DNA of 64,000 nucleotides from an uncultured Methanomicrobiales archaeon (GCA_963697895.1 OY969100.1:352001-416000); one strand, 5' to 3'; numbered from the stretch's first letter, positions 40,311 through 50,585 are shown. A program made the numbers and translations. The notes: generated by a model not told the origin, from the letters alone.

Positions 40311-40395
40311 GCGAGGGTAGCCAAGCCTGGTCAACGGCGCCAGGTTCAGGGCCTGGTCTCGAAGGAGTTCTTGGGTTCAAATCCCATCCCTCGCA
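40311..40395 (+). tRNA. tRNA-Leu(CAG), intronless, CCA not encoded
   Basis: Acceptor GCGAGGG/CCCTCGC-A, anticodon arm CCAGG-TTCAGGG-CCTGG, long variable arm CTC-GAAG-GAG, T loop TTCAAAT. Confidence 0.97.
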
Positions 40396-40747
40396 TTTCG
40401 AACTAGTAATACGATATATCACGGTTTTCAAGGAGATATTTTTTATATATAATTTAAGGAATAGAATCGGGCTTTCGATAATAGGAAAGGCCGGAATAAT
40501 AATAAGGCCGGCGATCCGGCTGGAAAACAACCATGACAGCACTCAGTAACCTGCTCATAATATCTACTTCACCATACCCAGGAACTGGCACCCTGATATC
40601 CGGTTGAACGCCGGTCAGTAGATCGCATCATCCCTCCGCATCACCTATCCAGCCCGTGACTGGAAAGAGGAAAGACATTTCGATGAAATTGCACTGGATG
40701 AAGTATGTCGGTACTTTTTTTTCTCCTCCCGCCATTCACTCATCTAT

Positions 40748-42043
40748 ATGCGCAAAGCCTCCATCCTCCTCGAGAATGCCACGCTCCCCGACGGCAGGCG
40801 TGCTGATCTTTCTCTTGCCGGGGGAATCGTTTCCCACGTGGGTGCCCCCGTCCATGCAGAACGGGTTATTGACTGCTCCCGCTTTATCGTGATGCCTGCA
40901 GCGACCGATATGCACGTGCATATGCGTTCCGGTGTCCAGCGTGAGAAAGAAGACTGGGAGAGCGGAAGCAGGAGCGCCCTTGCGGGGGGAGTAACAGTGG
41001 TCGTCGATCAGCCGAATACTATTCCGCCACTTAATACACAGGAAGCAATAATAAGTCGGTTAGCCGATGCACGGTCCCATAGCTGGTGTCATTTTGCGGT
41101 GAATGGAGGTATTGGTCAGGGGGTGGACCTCCTTAAACTGTGGCAAAGCGGGGTAACGGCATTTGGGGAGATATTTATCGGCCCCTCCAGCTATGGGAGC
41201 GCTGTTCCGCATGAGATACTCTGCAAAGCCTTCGGAGATCTGAAGGAGCTCGGGGCTATGGCGACGATTCATGCCGAGGAAGTATGTTTCATCCGGGCCG
41301 GAACTCTGGAAGAGCACCATCGATCGCGTCCTCCGGCAGGGGAGGAACGGGCGGTCAAAGCGGTACAGGACGATAACCGGGTAAAAATTTCACTACATTT
41401 CTGCCACCTGAGCACCGCCGGGGCGGTTCAGGCGGCGGGAGATGCATCGGTCGAGGTAACACCCCACCATCTCTTCCTCGCGCTGGAACAATTTGACCCG
41501 AAGGACACACATGGGAAGGTAAACCCTCCGATCAGACCGGAAAAGGAGCGGCGACGTCTCTGGGAGTTATGGGATCGGATCGATGTGATCGCATCAGATC
41601 ATGCGCCGCATTCCTCTGATGACAAAACGGAATCTTTCGAAGATTCACCATCCGGTGTCCCCGGCGTGGAGACGATGATGCCACTTCTTATGGCCCAGGT
41701 CCTGAACAAACGCTGCTCGCGTGTTTCTGTAATAGAAAAGACCTGTTATCGTCCTTCCCAGCTTCTTGGTATCCCGGCCGCGGGGTTTACTCCTGGGTGC
41801 AGGGCCGATTTTGCTCTCTATCCCCGGCAATGCCGACGGATAGACCCCGATATGCTTCACAGCCGCGCGGGATGGACCCCATTCGCCGGGCATGCGGCCG
41901 CCTTTCCTGTCTTCGTGATCATGGGGGGTGATCTGGTATTCGAGGAGGGAGAGTTCCTTCCCGGGCAACCCCGGTGGTATCATGGAAAGGGATATATAAA
42001 TCACGAGGTGATGGATGATGGTGCCGACAAAGCGCATCCATAG
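40748..42043 (+). CDS. pyrC: Dihydroorotase
   Basis: DMHVHMR, AGGVT..DQPNT.PP, HAE, CHLST, EVTPHHL, KVNPPIR, SDHAPH, SGVPGVET. Confidence 0.9.
   Translation: MRKASILLENATLPDGRRADLSLAGGIVSHVGAPVHAERVIDCSRFIVMPAATDMHVHMRSGVQREKEDWESGSRSALAGGVTVVVDQPNTIPPLNTQEAIISRLADARSHSWCHFAVNGGIGQGVDLLKLWQSGVTAFGEIFIGPSSYGSAVPHEILCKAFGDLKELGAMATIHAEEVCFIRAGTLEEHHRSRPPAGEERAVKAVQDDNRVKISLHFCHLSTAGAVQAAGDASVEVTPHHLFLALEQFDPKDTHGKVNPPIRPEKERRRLWELWDRIDVIASDHAPHSSDDKTESFEDSPSGVPGVETMMPLLMAQVLNKRCSRVSVIEKTCYRPSQLLGIPAAGFTPGCRADFALYPRQCRRIDPDMLHSRAGWTPFAGHAAAFPVFVIMGGDLVFEEGEFLPGQPRWYHGKGYINHEVMDDGADKAHP
41986..42000 (+). promoter_or_regulatory. BRE/TATA promoter inside the pyrC 3' end, likely driving the H/ACA RNA
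   Basis: Purine-rich GAAAGGGA followed by TATATAAA (41993-42000), ~21-25 nt upstream of the first RNA helix at 42021. Confidence 0.6.
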
Positions 42044-42194
42044 GTCCCCGGGCGATCTCATGGCGATTGCCTTGAAATGAACCACGGGACAACCCGGTTG
42101 CGCGACAGGCACCGCCCGGCCGAGGGTTAAAAAACGGGTGAAGGACGGCAGCACGCCACTGATGATCCCTGTTTGTTAATGCCGGGCGACATCC
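42021..42194 (+). ncRNA. Two-hairpin box H/ACA guide RNA (23S rRNA pseudouridylation)
   Basis: Hairpin 1: GCGC/GCGC lower stem, CCCG/CGGG upper stem, GA..UGA K-loop-like apex, ACA at 42105-42107. Hairpin 2: CGCCCGGC/GCCGGGCG lower stem, AAACGGG/CCTGTTT upper stem, UGA/CUGA K-turn-like motif, ACA at 42189-42191. Both 3' guide strands begin 14 nt before their ACA. Confidence 0.8.
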
Positions 42195-42207
42195 TTCTTC
42201 CATTACC

Positions 42208-42540
42208 ATGAATCCGGATATATCCCCTGCAATTGCAATAGAAGAAAAGGGTGTCGTCGTCACGATAGAGGCCACTACCGGCTGCCGGGAAGATCAATTT
42301 CCCTCCGGATATAACAGCTGGAGAAAGTCTATCGGATGTCATACGACAGCACATCCTGCTGAAGGCAGAGCAAACCGGGCGATCGTTCGGCTGATATCAG
42401 AAGTCTGTTCGGTTTCCCGATCTCAAGTCCGGATCATATCGGGTACCACTTCTTCTCTCAAGCGAGTCCGCATTACCGGCAGATCAGCCGAAGAGATCTC
42501 CAAAATACTCACAGATCTGCTGAACGATCATACCGCTTAA
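42208..42540 (+). CDS. DUF167 (UPF0235) family protein
   Basis: FPSGYNSWRK, PAEGRAN.A, V.IISGTTSSLK.V.I. Confidence 0.85.
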   Translation: MNPDISPAIAIEEKGVVVTIEATTGCREDQFPSGYNSWRKSIGCHTTAHPAEGRANRAIVRLISEVCSVSRSQVRIISGTTSSLKRVRITGRSAEEISKILTDLLNDHTA

Positions 42541-42722
42541 ATTTAACGTAGGAGGCACTTTCCTGAAAGGAATATATGGTACATAAATCATAAAATTTAT
42601 ACAATAAAATATAAATAAAAATATTTTTCCTGAACCAATAGTTTAAATAATACGCCATGCGATTATTCGTCACCTATGATCGCGTGTCATCATATTTGCA
42701 CGAAGCATGGGGGTGCATTTCA

Positions 42723-43991
42723 ATGTATTCACCAGATACCACCAAGTACCTTATTCATCTTCACCTCGAGGCCGAGGGGGTGGTCGAGAAACCCGATGTC
42801 ATAGGGGCTATTTTTGGCCAGACAGAAGGGTTACTCGGCGAAGACCTCGATCTGCGGGATCTGCAGCGGACTGGACGCGTGGGAAGAATCGACGTCCAGA
42901 TCAGCAGTAAAAAAGGGGAGACCAAGGGAGAAATACTCATCTCATCCTCACTTGATCGTGCGGAGACGGCAATCCTTGCAGCATCGCTGGAGACGATCGA
43001 CCGGGTCGGTCCCTGCGTCGCGCACGTCTCCGTGGATTCGATAGAAGATATTCGGGTAAACAAACGAAAGAAGATCATAAACCGGGCAAAGGAGCTGCTC
43101 CTCGATTCCTTCGAGGAGGGCACCATCGACTCCTATGAGCTCCTCGATGAAGTCAGGGAGAGCATCCGGATCGAGAAGATCAGTACCATCGGTGATGATA
43201 AAGTTCCCGCGGGGCCGAACGTACTCGAATCTGACGCGATCATCGTCGTGGAAGGCCGGGCCGATGTGATAAATCTTCTCAAATTCGGCATAAAAAACGC
43301 AGTAGCTGTTGAGGGAACCCACATCTCCCGAACCATCATCGATCTCTGCGAAAAAAAGACCGCGACCGCATTCCTTGACGGGGACCGGGGGGGAGAGCTT
43401 ATACTTCGCGAACTTCTTCAGGTGGCTGATATCGATTATGTCGCGTATTCTCCCCGGGGGAAGAGTGTCGAGGACATGACCAGAAAGGAGATCATCAAGG
43501 CACTCAGAAATAAAATACCGGTAGAGTATGTAAAAGAGCAGTATCTTGAGGAGTCACCCGGCGAAGAGCCGCCAAAAGAGCAAAAACCGGGAAAGACGCC
43601 AGTCTCCCGGTCTCCGCAGGAAGCAGCAGAATTGCCAGTCGAACAGATGGATAAAAAATTCAAGCCGAAATTCCCCATTCGACGGGCAAAGGAGCCAGCC
43701 CATAAGGCAGCACCGGTAACCCTGAAAGACCACTTGGATGCGGTCAAGGGTCATCATATCGCACGTTTTCTTTCATCCGATCTGGTAATCATCAGAGAGA
43801 TAAAAACGGAAGATCTGGATCGAGTACTTGACGAGCTGAACGGAGATGTCGCAGGGGTGGTCACCGATGATGCGGTAACTCAGAAACTGCTGGACCATAT
43901 GGTGGGCAAGGGGCTCGAGTACGTCGCGGCACGTGAATTCAAGGGTATAATCAAGCGCCCGCTCACGATCAGACTGATGAAGATCGCGTGA
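42723..43991 (+). CDS. dnaG: Archaeal DnaG (TOPRIM; exosome-associated)
   Basis: [47 protein letters not shown] 42723 preferred. Confidence 0.96.
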   Translation: MYSPDTTKYLIHLHLEAEGVVEKPDVIGAIFGQTEGLLGEDLDLRDLQRTGRVGRIDVQISSKKGETKGEILISSSLDRAETAILAASLETIDRVGPCVAHVSVDSIEDIRVNKRKKIINRAKELLLDSFEEGTIDSYELLDEVRESIRIEKISTIGDDKVPAGPNVLESDAIIVVEGRADVINLLKFGIKNAVAVEGTHISRTIIDLCEKKTATAFLDGDRGGELILRELLQVADIDYVAYSPRGKSVEDMTRKEIIKALRNKIPVEYVKEQYLEESPGEEPPKEQKPGKTPVSRSPQEAAELPVEQMDKKFKPKFPIRRAKEPAHKAAPVTLKDHLDAVKGHHIARFLSSDLVIIREIKTEDLDRVLDELNGDVAGVVTDDAVTQKLLDHMVGKGLEYVAAREFKGIIKRPLTIRLMKIA

Positions 43992-44062
43992 AAACTCCTG
44001 GACTTCCGCTCGTGGGAACCTATTTATTTTTTTATGACCTTCTTCGTACAGGAAGTGAGCCC

Positions 44063-44347
44063 ATGCACAAGGAAGAACTTATCACACTTCACCAGATGCT
44101 ATTCGACATCAAGGACTATTTTGAATCCATTAATCCAGATTTGAAATTTTCAAACTATTATTCCCTGAAAATTAACCCCACGCAATTGCACAAGAGTAAG
44201 ATGGAGCATAAATATGCGATATTCGTGTTGGGTAACGAGCTTGCAAACGCAATGAAGGAGGTTGAATTTTCCGCGTCAGGACGGATATCTGCACGGATGA
44301 AGGAACTGGCGGATAAGACCCTCAAAGAAATTGAATGCGTTCAATAA
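44063..44347 (+). CDS. UPF0058 family protein
   Basis: MHKEELITLHQ..Y..LKINP..HKSK.EHKYAIFVLG. Confidence 0.88.
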   Translation: MHKEELITLHQMLFDIKDYFESINPDLKFSNYYSLKINPTQLHKSKMEHKYAIFVLGNELANAMKEVEFSASGRISARMKELADKTLKEIECVQ

Positions 44348-44417
44348 AGCAGTTACCCCGAATCTTTTTTTAAAAATCAATAATTCCATTTTATTCTCTC
44401 GTCACCGTGTTCACCAT

Positions 44418-45212
44418 CTAACTGGTGAACTCACGTTCTTTTTCTATGAGGTATTCCGCCAGGAGAATAGGTATCGGGGCTGCCATGCAGTGCCAATTGG
44501 GCGTTCCGTTCACCTCGAGCACGGTGTAGGCGTCGTCCTGCATGAGGAGATCCACGCCGCCGTAATCAACCCCGACCGCCTTTGCCGCGGCCTGTGAGAT
44601 CTCCTGCATGGAGTTATCGATATGACACGGGCAACCGACTCCACCCTGATGGATGTTGTGTGCAAGTGAATCTGAGGTCCTGCTGATCGCACCGACTGCT
44701 TCTCCATCGATAACAAAAACCCGAAAATCCCGGTCATTCTGGATATATTCCTGGAGATAATAGGGAGGAGGGCCCAATTCCCTTGATGAACGAACCAGGC
44801 GGATGTCTTTTCCGTCGTACCCATAGACTGGTTTTGAGACAACCGCTCCCCATTGATCGATGAATGCCTCGGCTCTGTCACGTGACGCCGAAAACAGGGT
44901 TTCCGGGGAAGGAACCCCCGATTTAAAGAGGATGGCGCTGGTTTTCACCTTGCTGGCACAGGCAAGAATCGCGTCGGGGGTATTGATCAGGCGGTTTTCG
45001 GCCTCAAGAGCATTCAACACCTCGAACTGATGTGTATCCTGGCGCAATCCGCATATCCAGATGACGCACCCCCGGGGTCCATCCGAAAAGGGATCGATAG
45101 TGTCGAGATTGAGCAACTGGTGAGAGGATCCCGCCCGTTCCAACTCCCTGATGACCATTGCCGTTGAGTTATCGATGGAAGAGTCGGTCGGTTTTGGTAC
45201 GATATGGATCAT
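44418..45212 (-). CDS. RimK-family ATP-grasp ligase (coenzyme glutamylation type, MptN/CofF-like)
   Basis: KPVYGYDG, YLQEYI..DRDFRVFV, NIHQGG, YGGVDL, EVNGTP. Confidence 0.85.
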   Translation of the reverse strand: MIHIVPKPTDSSIDNSTAMVIRELERAGSSHQLLNLDTIDPFSDGPRGCVIWICGLRQDTHQFEVLNALEAENRLINTPDAILACASKVKTSAILFKSGVPSPETLFSASRDRAEAFIDQWGAVVSKPVYGYDGKDIRLVRSSRELGPPPYYLQEYIQNDRDFRVFVIDGEAVGAISRTSDSLAHNIHQGGVGCPCHIDNSMQEISQAAAKAVGVDYGGVDLLMQDDAYTVLEVNGTPNWHCMAAPIPILLAEYLIEKEREFTS

Positions 45213-45341
45213 CGTTAGTGATTCCTTGTACAAGAACTGGGGTGGCATAAGATAAGAATCGAATCATCTTGATCAAACCTGATTTAAGCGGGTGATTGAT
45301 CGAACTCAACCGTTTTATTCTCATCTTACCAGACCGTATGT

Positions 45342-45578
45342 ATGGCGGTTATCGAAGAGAAAGACACCGTAATGATGATTAAAGACTGTGCATACTGTAA
45401 AGGGGAAGGTCGCATCGGTGTGATCAACTGTCCTTCCTGTGATGGCAGGGGGCAGGTACTTGTCCGGAGTCCGCCGACCCGGTGTGCAATTTGCAGCGGG
45501 TTTGGTGTTGCCGGGTGCTGTCGATGCAGCGCGTGCGAAGGAACCGGTTGGTCGGGGGCAATGAAGCGGGAAACCTAG
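45342..45578 (+). CDS. Stand-alone DnaJ-type zinc-finger protein
   Basis: Four CxxCxGxG repeats (CAYCKGEG, CPSCDGRG, CAICSGFG, CSACEGTG) and no J domain. Confidence 0.75.
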   Translation: MAVIEEKDTVMMIKDCAYCKGEGRIGVINCPSCDGRGQVLVRSPPTRCAICSGFGVAGCCRCSACEGTGWSGAMKRET

Positions 45579-45673
45579 TGCAGTTTTTTTCCGTTCTTCT
45601 GCTTACATGGATACTGTCTCTTTGTCCATTAATGTAAATCAGCTTGAAGATGTTTCTCACCGATCTGTAGTCC

Positions 45674-46609
45674 ATGAAGTATTATGCCGAACCCGACCTG
45701 GGTCTCGATATAGTGATGATAAACCAGGCAATCGAAGATGTATTTGCCGAGCATGGACGAGGCAGGGTTCAGATGCCCCCCAAGGTATACATCACCTTCG
45801 ATACCGGGGATTTCCGGACGATGCCAGCGTATGTACCGGCCCTGAATATCGCCGGGGTAAAGATCGTCAATGTGCATCCCGGGAATCCTGGCACGGGTCT
45901 CCCGACCGTCATGGCATTGACAATCATCATTAATGCACAGACCGGGATCCCGGAAGGGGTCCTAAATGCAACCCGGCTGACAGACATGAGGACCGGTGCG
46001 GCGGGAGCAGTTGCCTGTAAATATCTTGCGCCGAAAAAGTCGATAGTCCTCGGTCTGATCGGCAGCGGCCGTCAGGCTCAGGCCCAGTTCGAGGCAATCT
46101 CACAGGTCCTTCAGATCGAAGAGATCCGGATCTGGAGCAGAAACGAAAAGAATGCGGCGGCATTTCGCACCAGGTATCCGGGTTATGACTGCAGAAGTGT
46201 GCCGATCGAAAAGGCATGTGATGCGGATGTCGTTGTTACCACCACTCCCTCGCGTTCTCCGGTCGTGATGGATGCATGGATCCACGAAGGCACGCATATC
46301 AACGCAATCGGAGCGGATGCCAGAGGGAAGCAGGAACTCGACCCGGCAATTTTGAGGCGTGCAACGGTGTTTGTTGATGAACCGGCCCAGGCGATCCATT
46401 CCGGAGAGATCAACGTCCCGATCGCGCAGGGTCTTTTCACCCTGGGACAGATTGCTGGTACCCTTGGAGAAGTGGTGCTGGGGGTAAAAAGTCGGGAAAA
46501 TGCGAAACAGATCACGATATTTGACTCAACAGGGTTGGCGATACAGGATCTGGCAATCGCGAAGATCGCCTTGAAAAGTGCCCGTGGGATCGAATTACCA
46601 TTCCCATGA
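45674..46609 (+). CDS. ala: Ornithine cyclodeaminase/mu-crystallin family (archaeal alanine dehydrogenase-like)
   Basis: MPPKVY, GDFRTMPAY, KIVNVHPGN, LTDMRTGAAG, GSGRQA, HINAIGAD..GKQEL, FDSTGLAIQD. Confidence 0.85.
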   Translation: MKYYAEPDLGLDIVMINQAIEDVFAEHGRGRVQMPPKVYITFDTGDFRTMPAYVPALNIAGVKIVNVHPGNPGTGLPTVMALTIIINAQTGIPEGVLNATRLTDMRTGAAGAVACKYLAPKKSIVLGLIGSGRQAQAQFEAISQVLQIEEIRIWSRNEKNAAAFRTRYPGYDCRSVPIEKACDADVVVTTTPSRSPVVMDAWIHEGTHINAIGADARGKQELDPAILRRATVFVDEPAQAIHSGEINVPIAQGLFTLGQIAGTLGEVVLGVKSRENAKQITIFDSTGLAIQDLAIAKIALKSARGIELPFP

Positions 46610-46637
46610 CCACGTCGTTATCAAACAGGAGAACAGA

Positions 46638-48101
46638 TTATTCGTTCGTTTTCGCGTGTTTCTTCCATACCTGCTCCCGGTAGACGGGTCCGCTGTTGTA
46701 TGTACAGAAGGGGATGAGAAGGCCGTCGGGGGTCGCATAGTGGATACAACACCTCTGGACTCTCCCGATATCATAGTTGTATTTGTCCATGAAATGCATA
46801 GTACCGATAAAGAGGGCATTCCAGTGAAATTCCCTAAGGGCATCAAAATTCTGGAGGACAAGTGCCTTTGCAATGAGTTTCCAGAATTCTGTCGTACTTC
46901 CCTGCTCGCTATTCTTTACCGCGGAGTGCATATCTTTTATTCCCTGTAGGAGCGATGCATATTTATTGACGGATCCTCCTTTCTTCAGTTTTTCGGCCAT
47001 TTTTTCCATGGACCCGAAGAATGAATCAACATCAACCATCCGGTTGACCGGCACCAGACCGTTTTCCGTGACAAAAACATAGGTGGCGGCCCCGCAGTGC
47101 TGGTGGGTGGTAAACCGGATCTGTGGGCGCCCGGTGTATGCCTGAACCAGGTCAGAGAATGGTACTACACAGGGAACCGGGTAGAAATCATCCTTCTTTA
47201 TAACCCCATTCGTCTGCTCTTCTATATTCTCGACAAGTTCGGGGATGGTGATCCGTTCCCTTCGCACATCATCCTCGCTTGCCGCCCCCGTGAACGAGAT
47301 AGGCTGAAAATTGACGCCCCGAATAACGGCGATGTTATCGGCGGCATATTGAATGATTGCTCCTACTTCATCGTCATTTCGTCCACGGATGACTGTCGGA
47401 ACAAGGACCATCCCTAGGCCAACAGTTTTACAATTCTCAACGACCTTATGATTTAACCTCAATTGAGGGTTTGTTCTGGTCGATACACCGTCAAAATGAA
47501 GGTATATGGTCGAAAGTCCCGCCTCTTTCAGTTTTCGAACATATCTGATGTCCCGTGCCAGCTTGATACCGTTGGTGGCCAACTGAACCTGAGGAAATCC
47601 CATTGCTTTTGCTGTTCTGATTATCTCCGGAAGATCATCCCGCATCGTGGGTTCTCCTCCGGAGAATTGCACTGCAGGTGCAGGCACCGGTCTTTCATCC
47701 CGGAGCACCTGGAGCATCATGACGACCTGGTCAAACGTTGGTTCATATACAAATCCGCAGGCACGCGCATTTGCAAAACAGAAATCACAATTGAGATTGC
47801 ACCGGTTTGTCAGGTCGATATTTGCAAGCAGCGTTGCGGATCGATGGTTATTGCAGAGACCACAGTTCGAGGGGCAACTATCAGCGTTGCCGTTCGTGTT
47901 CGGATTTTCCACCCCTGTCCCAATGTTCTCATATTCATCGAACCGCCGGTACATCACCGGATCCGACCAGTAAATATCGCGGAATGATCCATGCTCGCGG
48001 CATACCCGTCTCAGCCAAACCTTTCCCTCCTCTTCGACAATATCTGCTTCAAGCACGGTTTTGCAGACAGGGCACAGACTCTTTGTTTTTCTCATTAACA
48101 T
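46638..48101 (-). CDS. tes: Tetraether lipid synthase (GDGT-macrocyclic archaeol synthase, radical SAM)
   Basis: N-terminal CPVC..CREHG, CPSNCGLC..H, DLTNRCNLNCDFCFA, GGEPT, HQHCG, QRCCIHY..IPFCTYN. Confidence 0.93.
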   Translation of the reverse strand: MLMRKTKSLCPVCKTVLEADIVEEEGKVWLRRVCREHGSFRDIYWSDPVMYRRFDEYENIGTGVENPNTNGNADSCPSNCGLCNNHRSATLLANIDLTNRCNLNCDFCFANARACGFVYEPTFDQVVMMLQVLRDERPVPAPAVQFSGGEPTMRDDLPEIIRTAKAMGFPQVQLATNGIKLARDIRYVRKLKEAGLSTIYLHFDGVSTRTNPQLRLNHKVVENCKTVGLGMVLVPTVIRGRNDDEVGAIIQYAADNIAVIRGVNFQPISFTGAASEDDVRRERITIPELVENIEEQTNGVIKKDDFYPVPCVVPFSDLVQAYTGRPQIRFTTHQHCGAATYVFVTENGLVPVNRMVDVDSFFGSMEKMAEKLKKGGSVNKYASLLQGIKDMHSAVKNSEQGSTTEFWKLIAKALVLQNFDALREFHWNALFIGTMHFMDKYNYDIGRVQRCCIHYATPDGLLIPFCTYNSGPVYREQVWKKHAKTNE

Positions 48102-48167
48102 GTTTATTCCACCAGTGCCGTTCGAGGACTGAAAGATTGGTTATCATTATTGAATTGAGATACTTTA

Positions 48168-48758
48168 ATGTTTATATCTGCTCTTTATTACAGATATTGG
48201 AGTGCTATTATTAGTATTGATTCATTCTTAATAGCATTGGCGGCGGCATTCTGGATCATGCTTCCTGCTTATATTCCCAACTCTGCTGCAGCACTATTCG
48301 GTGGAGGAACGCCCATCGACGGGGGTCGCACCTCCACCGATGGCAGGAGAATTTTCGGGGATGGAAAGACATGGCGGGGTTTTATCCTCGGAGTGACAAC
48401 GGGTGTCGTTGTTGGAGTCATACAGATCTGGATCCGGGACGTTACCGGGTGGACATTTCTCCCCGCCCTGACCCTGCTGTCGGTTATCCTTCTTGCGACA
48501 GGGGCGCTTCTCGGGGATCTGGTGAAGAGCTACTTCAAACGAAGACTCGGCAAAGAACGGGGAGAGCCATGGATAATTGCCGACCAGTATGATCTGGTTG
48601 CCGGAGCATTTACTCTCGTCCTTATCTTTGACTACCCATGGCTGGCCAGCGTGATGACCCTCCCCATCTTTCTGATAATCATTATTATCACCCCGATTCT
48701 CCATAAGTCGGTAAATGTGATCGGATACCTCATCCGGGTAAAGGAGGTGCCATGGTGA
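48168..48758 (+). CDS. carS: CDP-archaeol synthase
   Basis: PAYIPN..A.FGGGTPID.G, GDGKTWRG, GDLVKSYFKRRLGKERG, DQYD, H..N.IGY...KEVPW. Start codon uncertain. Confidence 0.93.
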   Translation: MFISALYYRYWSAIISIDSFLIALAAAFWIMLPAYIPNSAAALFGGGTPIDGGRTSTDGRRIFGDGKTWRGFILGVTTGVVVGVIQIWIRDVTGWTFLPALTLLSVILLATGALLGDLVKSYFKRRLGKERGEPWIIADQYDLVAGAFTLVLIFDYPWLASVMTLPIFLIIIIITPILHKSVNVIGYLIRVKEVPW

Positions 48759-49264
48759 AAGATATTCCCGCCCTTTTGCGGGCAGCCGGAGCCGTTGAAT
48801 ACGGCTCCTTCGTGCTCGCATCGGGTGCGAAGAGTGATTATTACCTTGATATAAAAACAGCGGTGACGGATCCGGTTCTTCTCCGAAAGATCGGGGAAGA
48901 AATTGCACGAAAGGCGATCTTTGATACCGTGGCCGGTATAGCAGTCGGGGGGATAGCGATCGCAGTGGCTACATCGTTTGCGAGCGACAAACCGTATGCG
49001 ATCATCCGGAGTTCCGACAAGACCCACGGGAAGTCGGGCAGGCTCATTGGAAGGGTTGAAGGGAGACGGGTGCTTCTTGTTGAAGACGTCACGACCTCCG
49101 GGGGATCAGCCCTTTACGGAATCGAAGTACTCCGGTCATGTGGAGCGATAGTCGATACGGTCGTAACGGTGGTCGATCGGCAGGCTGGAGCATTTGAAAG
49201 ACTGGGTGCTGCAGGGATCAGGTTGGTCTCCCTTGCAACCACCGAGCAGATCCTCAAGCGATAA
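48752..49264 (+). CDS. pyrE: Orotate phosphoribosyltransferase
   Basis: [35 protein letters not shown]. Confidence 0.95.
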   Translation: MVKDIPALLRAAGAVEYGSFVLASGAKSDYYLDIKTAVTDPVLLRKIGEEIARKAIFDTVAGIAVGGIAIAVATSFASDKPYAIIRSSDKTHGKSGRLIGRVEGRRVLLVEDVTTSGGSALYGIEVLRSCGAIVDTVVTVVDRQAGAFERLGAAGIRLVSLATTEQILKR

Positions 49265-49292
49265 ACATCTTTTTTTAGGAGTTGTTCAAATA

Positions 49293-50585
49293 ATGACTAT
49301 GAAGATTCTCGTTGTGGGAGGGGGCGGCAGAGAGCATGCCATTGCCCGGGCATTGTCCCGCAACATGGAGACCCGTATATTTTCGGTGATGGCCAGGAGT
49401 AACCCCGGGATCTCAAGGTTATCGGAGAAGATCCTCATCCACCAGGAGACCGATATCCCCGAAATCATCGCATTTGCGCAGAAATGCGAGGTGGACTATG
49501 CTTTTATCGGGCCCGAATCTCCTCTGGAGGCAGGGATCGTCGATGGCCTCGAAGAAGTCGGAGTGGGCTGCGTGGGACCTACCCGATCAGCGGCACGGCT
49601 GGAGACTGATAAGGGGTTCTGCCGGACGATGATGGAGCAGCATGGAATTGCCGGTTGCCCACGCTACCGGGTTTTCCATAATGCCAATGATGCGGTTGAA
49701 TTCATGCGGGAGTTTGGCGGGGACCTCGCGATCAAGCCGATTGGCCTGACCGGAGGGAAGGGCGTGCGGATCATGGGTGAACATCTCGATCAGGCGGGAG
49801 CGATCGCTTATGTGAACGAGCTTGACGGGAATGTGGTCATGGAAGAGCGTCTGATCGGAGAAGAGTTCACAATCCAGGCATTTGTGGACGGGACGCACCT
49901 GGTGACAATGCCGGTCGTTCAGGACCATAAAAGAGCAAATGAAGGAGATAAAGGGTCGAATACCGGAGGGATGGGTTCGTATAGCATGCCGGATCACTCG
50001 CTCCCCTTTATAACAGATCAGGATCTGAAAAAGGCTAAGGGGATAATGGAGGACGCGGTTGCGACTATGGGAAGAATCGGTCAGCCCTACCGGGGGATCC
50101 TCTATGGGCAGTTCATGAATACCCGGAACGGACCGATGGTAATCGAATTCAACGCCCGCTTCGGAGACCCGGAGGCGATGAATGTCCTTTCCATCCTGGT
50201 GAGTGATCTCTCGGAGATTGTCCCCCGGTTGATTGAAGGTTCCCTTTCAGCATCCCGCGTAACCTTTGAAAAGAAGGCAACTGTCTGCAAGTATATTGTA
50301 CCCGAAGGATACCCCGAGGCACCGGTCAGAGGGAGTCCGATCGCGATCGGCAACTACGAAAACGCCTTGCTATACTACGCGAATGTGGCAGAAGAGGAAG
50401 GCACGCTTGTCACTCAGAAATCACGGACTCTTGCCTTCGTCGGCGTCGCGGATCGGCTCAGTGAGGCAGAGGAGATTGCAGAACGCGCAGTTTCTTCCGT
50501 CAGCGGAAGGGTTTGGCACCGCCGGGATATCGGTACCGAAGAGCTCCTGCAAAAACGCATAACCCATATGAAGGAGCTGCAATGA
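49293..50585 (+). CDS. purD: Phosphoribosylamine-glycine ligase
   Basis: [46 protein letters not shown]. Confidence 0.97.
   Translation: MTMKILVVGGGGREHAIARALSRNMETRIFSVMARSNPGISRLSEKILIHQETDIPEIIAFAQKCEVDYAFIGPESPLEAGIVDGLEEVGVGCVGPTRSAARLETDKGFCRTMMEQHGIAGCPRYRVFHNANDAVEFMREFGGDLAIKPIGLTGGKGVRIMGEHLDQAGAIAYVNELDGNVVMEERLIGEEFTIQAFVDGTHLVTMPVVQDHKRANEGDKGSNTGGMGSYSMPDHSLPFITDQDLKKAKGIMEDAVATMGRIGQPYRGILYGQFMNTRNGPMVIEFNARFGDPEAMNVLSILVSDLSEIVPRLIEGSLSASRVTFEKKATVCKYIVPEGYPEAPVRGSPIAIGNYENALLYYANVAEEEGTLVTQKSRTLAFVGVADRLSEAEEIAERAVSSVSGRVWHRRDIGTEELLQKRITHMKELQ

Noticed and set aside
40369-40387. U-U mismatch at the base of the tRNA-Leu T stem
   Set aside because: A single terminal mismatch is tolerated in tRNAs and all other elements are canonical, so this is not evidence of a pseudo-tRNA.
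40396-40747. Region after tRNA-Leu as an integrated element or gene remnant (a frame reading ...NIYFTIPRNWHPDIRLNAGQ*IASSLRITYP...)
   Set aside because: No integrase and no duplicated tRNA 3' end noticed. The frame has two stops and no recognisable family, so pyrrolysine readthrough is unsupported.
42072-42170. CTGATGA plus upstream GAAA suggesting a hammerhead ribozyme, C/D box RNA or fluoride riboswitch
   Set aside because: The required stems and cleavage triplet cannot be built. The H/ACA model explains the same bases with correct spacing.
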